Below are positions 41,049-52,108 of a stretch of 64,000 bases of DNA, piece by piece (position 1 is the first letter of the stretch; each line of letters starts with the position of its first letter). The position numbers and the translations under genes were made by a program. Below the pieces are notes generated by a model. That model was not told the origin of the DNA. It ran no database searches and was given only the letters and a program-made list of their open reading frames with translations. Source of the stretch: Octopus bimaculoides (taxonomy: Eukaryota); NCBI RefSeq assembly GCF_001194135.2, contig NC_068996.1:9367436-9431435 (forward strand). The letters are read 5' to 3'.

Positions 41049-41512
41049 GTGTCAATAGCCAGCTGGAGGAGGTGTCTTCCTGGGGCTACAAGCTACAGTA
41101 GCATCAATCCTTAAAGGTTAGCCATGTTTAGGTGGCAAATATACTTCACGATGTCGTGCGGCTACTGTTTATACCTTGCTCAGAAATTTATTATTGCTTG
41201 TTTCCACTTTTACAAGATCAGTGACTTTCCGTCACTGGAAAAAGTGTATATATTTTGCATTGAGAATCACTCAACCAGTAATTGTCACACACTGATGACG
41301 GGTCAATACCCAGAAACTTGGGTCTGTATGCATCCTGTCAGGCTGGAGATGGGAAGGATGACTTCCCTTTGCACGGAAAGTGTCAATAGCCAGCTGGAGG
41401 AGATGTCCTCCTGGGGATACATGCTACAGTAGCATCAATCCTTAAGGGTTAGCCACATTTAGGTGGCAAATATACTTCAGGATGTTGTGCAGCTATTGTT
41501 TATACCTCACTC
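41049..41512 (+). mobile_element. Hammerhead-containing head-to-tail repeat of 331-bp period (about 1.4 units); retrozyme-like or Penelope pseudo-LTR relic
   Basis: 41049-41181 repeats at 41380-41512 (13 mismatches in 133 nt by my count). The hammerhead lies in the unique part; a SINE truncates the second unit. Confidence 0.65.
41286..41330 (+). ncRNA. Type I hammerhead ribozyme motif
   Basis: CACACA-CTGATGA-C GGGT caat ACCC A-GAA-ACTTGGGT-C-TGTATG. Canonical core, helix I 5/6 bp, helix II 4 bp, self-complementary helix III, GUC triplet at 41322-41324. Confidence 0.8.
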
Positions 41513-44450
41513 TGGCTTTGAGGTAAGTAGCTTGCTTACCAACCACATGGTTCCGGGTTCAGTCTCACAGCATGGCACCTTGGGCAAGTGTCTTCTACTA
41601 TAGCCTTGGGCCGACCAAAGCCTTGTTAGTGGATTTGGTAGACAGAAACTGAAAAGAAGCCCGTTGTATATATGTATGTGTGTTTGTGTNNNNNNNNNNN
41701 NNNNNNNNNNNNNNNNNNNNNNNNNNNNNNNNNNNNNNNNNNNNNNNNNNNNNNNNNNNNNNNNNNNNNNNNNNNNNNNNNNNNNNNNNNNNNNNNNNNN
41801 NNNNNNNNNNNNNNNNNNNNNNNNNNNNNNNNNNNNNNNNNNNNNNNNNNNNNNNNNNNNNNNNNNNNNNNNNNNNNNNNNNNNNNNNNNNNNNNNNNNN
41901 NNNNNNNNNNNNNNNNNNNNNNNNNNNNNNNNNNNNNNNNNNNNNNNNNNNNNNNNNNNNNNNNNNNNNNNNNNNNNNNNNNNNNNNNNNNNNNNNNNNN
42001 NNNNNNNNNNNNNNNNNNNNNNNNNNNNNNNNNNNNNNNNNNNNNNNNNNNNNNNNNNNNNNNNNNNNNNNNNNNNNNNNNNNNNNNNNNNNNNNNNNNN
42101 NNNNNNNNNNNNNNNNNNNNNNNNNNNNNNNNNNNNNNNNNNNNNNNNNNNNNNNNNNNNNNNNNNNNNNNNNNNNNNNNNNNNNNNNNNNNNNNNNNNN
42201 NNNNNNNNNNNNNNNNNNNNNNNNNNNNNNNNNNNNNNNNNNNNNNNNNNNNNNNNNNNNNNNNNNNNNNNNNNNNNNNNNNNNNNNNNNNNNNNNNNNN
42301 NNNNNNNNNNNNNNNNNNNNNNNNNNNNNNNNNNNNNNNNNNNNNNNNNNNNNNNNNNNNNNNNNNNNNNNNNNNNNNNNNNNNNNNNNNNNNNNNNNNN
42401 NNNNNNNNNNNNNNNNNNNNNNNNNNNNNNNNNNNNNNNNNNNNNNNNNNCACACACACACACACACACACACTCACAATGCACACCAGTCACATGTCAA
42501 AGCAGAACAAACAAACAAACAAACAAGCAAAAAGGAGAAAAAAAAAACTCTGGATGACTGATGCAGGATGTGATATGTGGTGGGTGGGTGGATGGGTGTG
42601 AGAGAGAAAGAAAAGAGGAACTATGCCTTTCCTTCTTCTCTCTCTTTCCGTCTCTTTCACCCAAATATTCATACACACACACACACACACACACACACAA
42701 GTTGACTGAGAGTGGTTTCTCTCTCTTCTCCATATAAACCTCCATTCTCCCCCAACCCCACCCTTCTCTCTCTTATTCAACCACTCTCAATGAGATTCTA
42801 GTAAAGTCCCTTACATATTTGGTTTGGTGATAAAAGGCATTCTCATTATGACCCCTTCTACTTTGTCTAATGTGTCTTTTTTGTATTTAAGACAGTTATT
42901 TAAAAAAAAAAAATTAAAAAATAGGCTGTTATTTCTAGCAGGTTGCGTGATCACTTAAAAGAAGTTTCCATCTAGGCTCATCTTGATCCCTGTCTCATCT
43001 CATTCATCTCATCCATATGGCTAATGTTTCCAGGAAAGCTAAAAGATTGAGCTTGCCCCCATTCCAAAAACCAAAAAAAAAAGACAAAAAAGATTTTAAA
43101 AATCTCATCTACTAAATCCTTTCACAAGGTATTGGTCAACCTGGGACTATAGTAGAAGTACTTGCTCAAGGTGTTACACAGTTGTGTTCAGTGCCACTAC
43201 ATGGTAATTTGGATATCCTCTATTGCTCGGGGCTGATCAATGCCCTGTGAGTGAATTTCATAGATGGAAGCTGTGTAGAAGACCATCATGTGTGTGTGTG
43301 TGAATGTATGTGTGTGTATTATGCATGTATATATTTATATGTCCCCCACCATCACCACCACTGCTATTAACAACTGGTGTTGTTTTGTTTACGTCCCTGT
43401 AACTTAGTGGTTCGGCAAAAGATACCGGTGGAATAAGTACCGGGTTTAACCCTTTAGCATTTAAACCAGACATATCTGGCTCAAAAGATTCTTCCTGTTT
43501 TATTTTCGTGTTCAAATTGGTCAGATCCTACCTCTCATACCAACCCTACACTGTCATTCTAAAAATAGGCAATCCACATCATCAAAATCTTATAGCTACA
43601 TGATAAACCATGATTAATTAAAAAGACAGACAGACTGATCAGAATACTGTGTGGGATAAAGATATGAGAATCAATTTGTTGAAAAAATAAGTACTAGGAT
43701 CAATTCATTCAACTAAAAATTCTAGGTGGTGCCCCAGCATGGCCACAGTCTAATGACTGAAATAGATAAAAGATATACTTTTAGATTACTTGCAACACTG
43801 TGTTCCTTAACATTATGAATATCAGAACCCTTGTAAGACCAAATTTGTTTTTTGTTTTTCCAGAGTCAATAAAATAAGTTACCATTCCAAAGAATAAAAA
43901 ATTTACTTTATCTGCTGTAACTGTATATAATGTTAACTCCCACATGTTGAACCTAAATATCAGTCGTGTATTTGACTGTTAGATGAATTCATTTGTGTTT
44001 GGTAGGAATAGAGAAGGATTCAATTTGGCACTCTGTTTCTGAAAAGGAGTAAAAAAATTTTTTTAATTTCAAAAGCAATAGAAAGAGTCGTTGAAAAAGA
44101 ATAGAGCTACAAAATAAAAAAATAATAATAAATAAATAAAACGCTATGATAAAAATATTTTTCTTGTTAATTGAAACAACACTAGAAAGAACTAAAATAA
44201 ATGGAAAAAAGGACCAATTCATTTGTCTGTCCAATAGTTTACCCCCCCCCCTTTTTGTGTGTTTGTTTGTTGTTTTTTAAACTCCACAATTGCTGCTGCA
44301 CAGTTTTTCCACACTGCTACCACGCCAAAGATGATACTGGAGCTCAACACGGCCCTGCCACCCACCAGTTTCCTGTCAAAAGCCAACATTAACTGATGAT
44401 AATGAGAATGTTGCTATAGGATGATTGTTATTTTAGAAGTGCTGTAAGTT

Positions 44451-44611
44451 CAGAAGTTCTCAACTACATGATCCTTAGGGGTTCATATAAGATACTATTT
44501 TAGAAACATAATAGGATTTTTCTGGAGTATCAAATGGCGTATGTAATCCAATTGGATAAATTAAGAAACAAAGAGATCCATAGGCAAAAAAAAAATGGTT
44601 GGAAACCACTG
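44451..44611. mobile_element. Short hAT-type MITE; a related copy at about 30515-31110 is split by a SINE
   Basis: cagaagttctcaac ... ggttggaaaccactg termini; shares ccattttttgcctatggatc with the 30.5-kb copy. Confidence 0.5.
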
Positions 44612-44726
44612 ATAGGGTTGATTACATCAACTAAAGCATTCTTAAAAGACATCCAGAGGAATGAAATTCTTAGTCATCTTTACCATGCATTTCGTCCCTC
44701 CAGTGGGGCTCTATAAAATAAAGTTA

Positions 44727-45060
44727 GCGAAGGCACGTGGTTGAGTGGTTAGGGTATTTAGCTCATGGTCATAAGCTTGCGAGTTCGATTCCCAGCTGCA
44801 CATTGTGTCCTTGAGCATGCTCCAGTCCACTCAGCTGGCAAAAATGGGTAGAACCTATATTTCAAAGGGCCAGCCTTGTCCCATTCGGTGTGTTACAATG
44901 AATATCCCTGAGAACTATGTTAAGGGTACACATGTTTGTGGAGTGCTCAGCCACTCACACATTAATTTCACAAGCAGGCTGTTGTTCTATTGTGGAACTC
45001 TCATCACTGCAACTGACAGTGTGCCTAATTACAAAATTAGTATCAAACACAAACCAAATT
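44727..45060 (+). mobile_element. tRNA-derived SINE family C
   Basis: ggcacgtggttgagtggttag...gagttcgattccc (A/B boxes) followed by gtgtccttgagca...ctccagtccactcagctgg. Confidence 0.65.
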
Positions 45061-45125
45061 CAATATACTGAATCAATTAAGACATTTGCCCCAAATTTGT
45101 ATCCTTGTGGTAATACTCTTACTCT

Positions 45126-45522
45126 CTCTTTTACTCTTTTACTTGTTTCAGTCATTTGACTGCGGCCATGCTGGAGCACTGCTTTTTTAGTCGAGCAAAT
45201 CGACCCCAGGACTTATTCTTTGGAAGCCTAGTACTTATTCTATCAGTCTCTTTTGCCGAACCGCTAAGTTACGGGGACGTAAACACACCAGCATCGGTTG
45301 TCAAGTGATGGTGGGGAGACAAATACAGACACACAAACACACATACATATATACATACATATATATACGACGGGCTTCTTTCAGTTTCCGTCTACCAAAT
45401 CCACTCACAAGGCTTTGGTCGGCCCGAGGCTATAGTAGAAGACACTTGCCCAAAGTGTCACACAGTGGGACTGAACCTGGAACCATGTGGTTCGTAAGCA
45501 AGCTACTTACCACACAGCCACT
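45126..45522 (-). mobile_element. tRNA-derived SINE family A, near full length (internal TA/CA microsatellite, GTAAAAGA tail)
   Basis: Head ggctgtgtggtaagtagcttgc...ggttcagtcccac with A/B-box-like motifs. At least 18 copies in the window, e.g. 7985-8295(-), 17863-18580(+), 18590-18935(-), 21019-21355(+), 28335-28720(+), 30711-31068(-), 32640-32995(-), 56845-57262(-). Confidence 0.9.
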
Positions 45523-45644
45523 ATTAACACTAGAGGGATGAAAGGCAAAAATTGCCCTTGACAGCATTTGAACTCAGAATGTAAAGGGCTGGAAGAACTA
45601 CCACAAGGCATTTTGTCTGATGCTCCAACAAGGATAGAAGCGAC

Positions 45645-46330
45645 CCACAAAGTGGGCTCTGTGGAAAGTATGAAGAAACAATCAACTGCCTTGTTTCTGG
45701 AGGTCTGGAATTGGTAAAAGTCTTAGACATCCACAAGACCACACTGAAGAATATGCAGGAGTTTCTAAGTGAAAATGACTGAGAAGTGATAAAATTCTAC
45801 ACTAAATGTGGTCACTGAAGCAATGATGTCACCATTTTCTGGAAGATGCCTAACCACACTAGTAGATGAATGCCAACTACCCTGACATTATTATCAAAGA
45901 TAGAAGAGATAAGAGGTACATACGATCATGGCCAAAAGTTTGGAATATAGGTCTGAAAATTGGAATTTTTATATTAAATGTCCAAAGTTATATTTAATTT
46001 GCAATAATATTATTATTTAGCCAAAAATTTGGAACATGGGTCTGAAACTTTTTTCTTGTAGATATTGAACCATCGGATCAATTATTTAGTAAATATATCT
46101 CTACATTGTCTAGAATTAAATGGAATTGTACTTGGGTATAACAATTTTAAATTTTAAAAAGATGTTTCAAACTTTTGGCCACGACTGTACACATCAACAC
46201 GGCGACATCTTCCAAAAGAAATGCTTTTGTGACAGTTATGACGAAGCTAGCAAAATACAAGCACCTTGATTCATAGTATGAAGATCAAAATGGTACTAGA
46301 GTTTGTTGTGTCACACATGGAAAAAAGTTC
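45645..46330 (+). mobile_element. Relic of an RLE-endonuclease non-LTR retrotransposon (R4/Dong/NeSL-like C-terminus), interrupted by a Tc1 MITE
   Basis: Fragments LCGKYEETINCLVSG (decayed CCHC knuckle), PDIIIKDRRDKR and TKLAKYKHL (PD-D/ExK nuclease region). Confidence 0.6.
45921..46189. mobile_element. Tc1-like MITE with TA ends
   Basis: 27-bp termini tacgatcatggccaaaagtttggaata / tgtttcaaacttttggccacgactgta (5 mismatches); internal copy of the left-end motif at about 46021-46047. Confidence 0.8.
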
Positions 46331-47518
46331 ACCAGCTATATCCTAGGTAACATCAATATTTTGTACAGTCTAGAAGATCACCCCTATTGAGAACAGTTCA
46401 CATATTGTTTGAGAGTATTGTCAATCAGGTGATTTTTTTTTTAAATATATTTTTCCTATTAATGCCTCAGGGCCACAGTTTTGAGACCCTCCCTACAGGA
46501 TATAAAACAAGAAACACAAAAGGAACAACAACAACTAATAATAATAATAATAATGATATGTCTAAAGAAGGTACAATATAATTATAGAGCTGGCCTGGGA
46601 ACTTCAGTCCTCTGTTGTTTCATGAGTAGACAAGTTTCAGCAAGACTTTGTTTTCAAATTATGCTTTTTTATTACTGCCACCACCAACACCACTACCAAC
46701 ACTACTACTACTACTACTACTACCATCATCATCATCATCATCATCATCATCATTAGCTTTTATTTCTACAACTGTTGTGTGTGAGCTACCCCACCTTCTC
46801 GCTCTAATTTATTGTTTAACTGAAACTTAATCTTGAAGGACATCTAGTATTTCCACATCAGTTCATTGTTGTTTGTTGTTGTTTGCTTTATTTTTATTTA
46901 TTTATTTATTTATTTGTTTGCTTGTTTGTGCTGTGTTAAGGAGTCCTGTATGATGTAAAAGAAATTTGTGGGTTTTGTTGTGTGTGTGTGTAATAGATGC
47001 CTCTCTTAAAAGAATTAGCGAGTGCAAGTTTGAGAGGATTGTCTGTTTGGTCACTTGACATGCCTGGAAATAGCTGCTAAATTTCCCTCAAATTACTGGT
47101 TCCAGTCTTAAAATAGGAACGGTCACATTGAATAATTCAATTCTGGATATACAAACAAAAGCAGGAAAGGTCATGGATGGACAGCTTTGATTATAAATCT
47201 GCTGAATCAGAGCAACAGCAGATCTTTATTAGGATAAAATTAACATTCTTCATATTGTTAAAGTTTTTTTGCTTTAATTGCTTATGCACAAGGAAAGGAC
47301 CATACTCATGACCCCCTTCAGGGGCCTCCAAGATACCTTCAAATTGAAGATGTGACCTGATTGATTCTAATGGTGAAGGCTTCATTAAAGGTACCCAGAT
47401 ACCTGACACTAATGTTAAAGGGGGTGACAAATTTAGACTACCACCTGTTACTACAATGGCATGATTATGGACTCAGAATATCAAGAACTGGAAAATACCA
47501 CCACAAGGTCTCTCTCTT

Positions 47519-47577
<59 letters not shown>

Positions 47578-47691
47578 NNNNNNNNNNNNNNNNNNNNNNN
47601 NNNNNNNNNNNNNNNNNNNNNNNNNNNNNNNNNNNNNNNNNNNNNNNNNNNNNNNNNNNNNNNNNNNNNNNNNNNNNNNNNNNNNNNNNNN

Positions 47692-47741
<50 letters not shown>

Positions 47742-47859
47742 ACACACACCCCGATGTTCTAACAATTCAGCCAACATTTTTGGTTTTATTTATTAACCCT
47801 GGAAGGATGACAAGGGGCTAAGCTGACCTTGACGGATTTTGAACTCAGCCTGCAGTCAA

Positions 47860-48450
47860 AAGCCAGAATCTCTTCATCTTCTACACCAATTATTCTTGGG
47901 AGGGTCTTGTGGGCACTTCTTCCTTCAGTTGCTATCAGAAACGACTATTATTACACTTTCCTGCTGTTTTATCAACCATGGCCAACTGACATTACGGATA
48001 TTATCCAACTGTTTTGTTCCTGGGCTACCCCTAGGTCTCCTGCCAGTAATTTTAACTGGAAGAATCTATCTTGTGATTCTTTTTTTGTGACATTTCAATC
48101 GCATGTCTGTAGTACCAGTGCTGTGGCTCCTCTCAATGCAGAGACACGTTCCAGTTTGACCTGGAGATGTCTTGTAATGTTACTCAAGAGATCCTTCAGA
48201 GGAACTCCATTTTGGTCAATTGTATTTTGTCAGTCATTACCCAGAATTCATGACAATACGTTGAGGATTGACATAAAAACCAAATTGAAGAAAGCAAGTT
48301 TGATTTCTTTACCAACCTCTCCTCTTCTGAAGATTTGATGCTGGAATTGGCACATAACTGCACAAGCACCTTTTACTGTAGCTTCCAATTTAGAGTCTCC
48401 TGTTTTCCCAAGATGAGAAGCCAAAATGCTGCAGTATGTTTCATCCAGCA
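47860..48450 (-). mobile_element. Old RTE LINE relic of a second family (Expander/Rex3-like C-terminus)
   Basis: Frameshifted minus-strand translation: KEIKLAFFNLVFMSIL...HEFWVMT...KMEFL.RIS...ITGRRPRGSPGTKQLDNI. Confidence 0.65.
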
Positions 48451-48956
48451 TGGAATATGATTAATCAATCAATTCATTTATTAATTGTTTAATCAATTCA
48501 TTCGTCCTGTTAATTTGATTTCTACTTCATGTTATGTTGACTGCACCTGGTCAGTTTTGATAACGCAAACCAATACAATGGAAGTAATTAAATCAGTATT
48601 TCTAGATCTTTCTGTCATGTCTCTACTATAGAACAAGGTGTTGCAAGATACAGAGTCTTAGCCATTCAGCATCCGGAGTACTCTGTCTTATGTAATACTT
48701 ATTTCTTCACATTGTTCTCAATTAATGATGCTTTATCTTGTAGCTACAAAATGTGATTGTTTATTTTTAGAATGACATTGTAGGATAGGTGTGATAGGTT
48801 AGATCTGGCCAGTTTGAACAAGAAACATGTAGGATATTTGGGCTGGTTGATTATTTATTTTTAGAATGACATTGTAGGATAAGTGTGAGAGGCTGGATCT
48901 GGCTTATTTGAACATAAAATAGGTAGAATATTTAGGCTGGAATGGCCGGTTGAAAC

Positions 48957-49290
48957 CAGTGGTTCTCAACCACGGTCCATATAAGATTTTGGGGGGGTCC
49001 ATGCAACAAAATGGTAAACTGGGGATCCACAATAGTATTTTAAGGGCCCCTGAAAAAATTTTGCTTTAGATGTATGTATTGGTATGTATTGCAAGAAACA
49101 GCTAGGTTTCTTTTTCTGACATTTTCCATTGTTCAACTTACACAAGTTAATGTATGAAGAACAAAATAGGAATTTTGAAAAAAAGCATGTATAAAACTAG
49201 TTTTTAAACATCAGATGGTTATGGCGGTTCACCAAAATAAAATAATAAACAAAGGGATCTGTAAATAAAAAAAATGGTTGAGAACTCTTG
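48957..49290. mobile_element. hAT (Charlie-like) MITE nested in a piggyBac MITE
   Basis: TIRs cagtggttctcaacc / ggttgagaactcttg; 8-bp TSD gttgaaac / gtttaaat (6/8). Confidence 0.75.
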
Positions 49291-50040
49291 GTTTAAATGC
49301 AAGAGAGTTAAAACAAGGCAACTTTTTGGTTAAGAATTGCACTTCATAACTTCATGGTTTTCAACGAATCCTACTGCACACAATCCTGGAGCATGTGTCT
49401 TCTACCAAAGGCTCAAGCTGCTAAGTGGAATTCGGTTGGTGGAAACTATGTCAAACAGACCATTCCTGTTCTTGGGGGTTTTCTTTTAAGCTTAATCTGT
49501 CAGTTGAACATCATGATTTCTGGAATTCTCAGATTTGTGAGGAATTAAGAAATGGTTGTTGTGTTGTTACATGACGAGCTTGGCTTACCTTGGCTTGGCA
49601 CTGTTTGGGCTAGGTGGTGTTGTGTGGAGTTTGTTTCTTTCTTGGGGCGGCTGTATTTTTATTTGTTAGTGTAGGTAATCGTGTTTGTGTGTGTATTTAT
49701 GTATGTGTAAGGATATGTTTATTTGGACCACTGAGATTTTTGGTCATAGAAATTAGAGATGAATGTAGATCTTTAGCCAGTGGCTAAGAATAGTGATTTG
49801 GCTTTTAATAGGAAGGGAAAAGGAAAAAAAAAAAAATCTTATTTATTGAGAGATGAAGTTGAAAGTGTGATAGAATAGAAGTTAAGTATTTTTTGTTTAT
49901 GAACCAAGTTGTTCATATTGTGAGAGGATGTGTGATGTGGGGGGTCGCTTTAAGTTGAATGCCTATGTTTGTGTGTGTGTGATTATGGTAGGATTAATGC
50001 ACATGAGGGTAGGTGAAGTGAGGGTGGGGTTGCTTCATAC

Positions 50041-50970
50041 TTTACTTGTTTCAGTCATTTGACTGCGGCCATGCTGGAGCACCGTCTTTAGTCAAATCAA
50101 ATCGACCCCAGGACTTATTCTTTGTAAGCCTAGAACTTATTCTATCGGTCTCTTTTTGCCGAACCGCTATTTTACGGGTACGTAAACACACCAGCATCGG
50201 TTGTCAAGCGATGTTGGGGGGACAAACACAGACACACAAACACTCATACATATATATNNNNNNNNNNNNNNNNNNNNNNNNNNNNNNNNNNNNNNNNNNN
50301 NNNNNNNNNNNNNNNNNNNNNNNNNNNNNNNNNNNNNNNNNNNNNNNNNNNNNNNNNNNNNNNNNNNNNNNNNNNNNNNNNNNNNNNNNNNNNNNNNNNN
50401 NNNNNNNNNNNNNNNNNNNNNNNNNNNNNNNNNNNNNNNNNNNNNNNNNNNNNNNNNNNNNNNNNNNNNNNNNNNNNNNNNNNNNNNNNNNNNNNNNNNN
50501 NNNNNNNNNNNNNNNNNNNNNNNNNNNNNNNNNNNNNNNNNNNNNNNNNNNNNNNNNNNNNNNNNNNNNNNNNNNNNNNNNNNNNNNNNNNNNNNNNNNN
50601 NNNNNNNNNNNNNNNNNNNNNNNNNNNNNNNNNNNNNNNNNNNNNNNNNNNNNNNNNNNNNNNNNNNNNNNNNNNNNNNNNNNNNNNNNNNNNNNNNNNN
50701 NNNNNNNNNNNNNNNNNNNNNNNNNNNNNNNNNNNNNNNNNNNNNNNNNNNNNNNNNNNNNNNNNNNNNNNNNNNNNNNNNNNNNNNNNNNNNNNNNNNN
50801 NNNNNNNNNNNNNNNNNNNNNNNNNNNNNNNNNNNNNNNNNNNNNNNNNNNNNNNNNNNNNNNNNNNNNNNNNNNNNNNNNNNNNNNNNNNNNNNNNNNN
50901 NNNNNNNNNNNNNNNNNNNNNNNNNNNNNNNNNNNNNNNNNNNNNNNNNNNNNNNNNNNNNNNNNNNATG

Positions 50971-51043
<73 letters not shown>

Positions 51044-51233
51044 GTATGTATATATATATATACATATATATGATGGGCTTCTTTCAGTTTCCATCTACCA
51101 AATCCACTCACAATGCTTTTGTCGGCCCGAGGCTATAGTAGAAGACACTTGCCCAAGGTGCCACGCAGTGGGACTGAACCCGGAACCATGTGGTTGGTAA
51201 ACAAGCTACTTACCACACAGCCACTCCTGCGCC
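50041..51233 (-). mobile_element. SINE family A spanning an N gap at its internal microsatellite
   Basis: Both halves are colinear with the 45126-45522 copy; complete 5' end ggcgcaggagtggctgtgtgg. Confidence 0.9.
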
Positions 51234-51577
51234 TACGAACTTCTGCTAACATGCAAAAAACATTCACAGAAAATGTCTGACGTATATATATGCAAACACA
51301 CACAAGCACATTCAGATCCAATTTGTGTGTATGCATATGCATTGATGTATACAAACATAATGCATATTATGTGCACATAACATAACTGGTTTACAATGGA
51401 ATGCATGTGCACACATGCATGCATGCTGTGTGTGTAGGTATGTTTGTATGTGTGTCGTGGGTGTATTCTTGTTGTATTTGTGTGTGTGTGTGTAGATATC
51501 CATGTGTGCTTATAATGTCTGCTCTTAAATGCATGCAGACTGGATGGATACTGCACACTTTCATTTATCTTTGATTT

Positions 51578-51609
<32 letters not shown>

Positions 51610-51950
51610 ACATTTTATCAATCTCTCTCTCTTTGTAATTTGTCTTTTTCACTATCTCCCACCTTCTTCCCATCCTCTCCTCTCTCTTTCCGTCCTCATT
51701 CTTTCTTTTATGCTTTCAATTCCAACCACTCCTCATTGTAATCACTCTATTACTCTACTCCTTATGTCACAGTCACTCATTTAACATCATTTACTTGCCT
51801 ATACAGTTTTTTTTTCACTTACAACACCATTCACACATGATTCATACTGTTTTGTCATATGTAGGAGAGAGAGAGAGATTTTGTTTGTCATTCCAGCCAC
51901 TAATTCTAGTTGAATTAATCAAATATGCCGTCTGATTATTATCTATCTAT

Positions 51951-52001
<51 letters not shown>

Positions 52002-52036
52002 NNNNNNNNNNACAACCTCAAACACAATAGATAATA

Positions 52037-52108
<72 letters not shown>

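Noticed and set aside
41507-42601. Long ORFs here and at 13.4, 16.4, 19.2, 21.7, 50.0, 58.9 and 60.2 kb
   Set aside because: They are artefacts of translating through N gaps.
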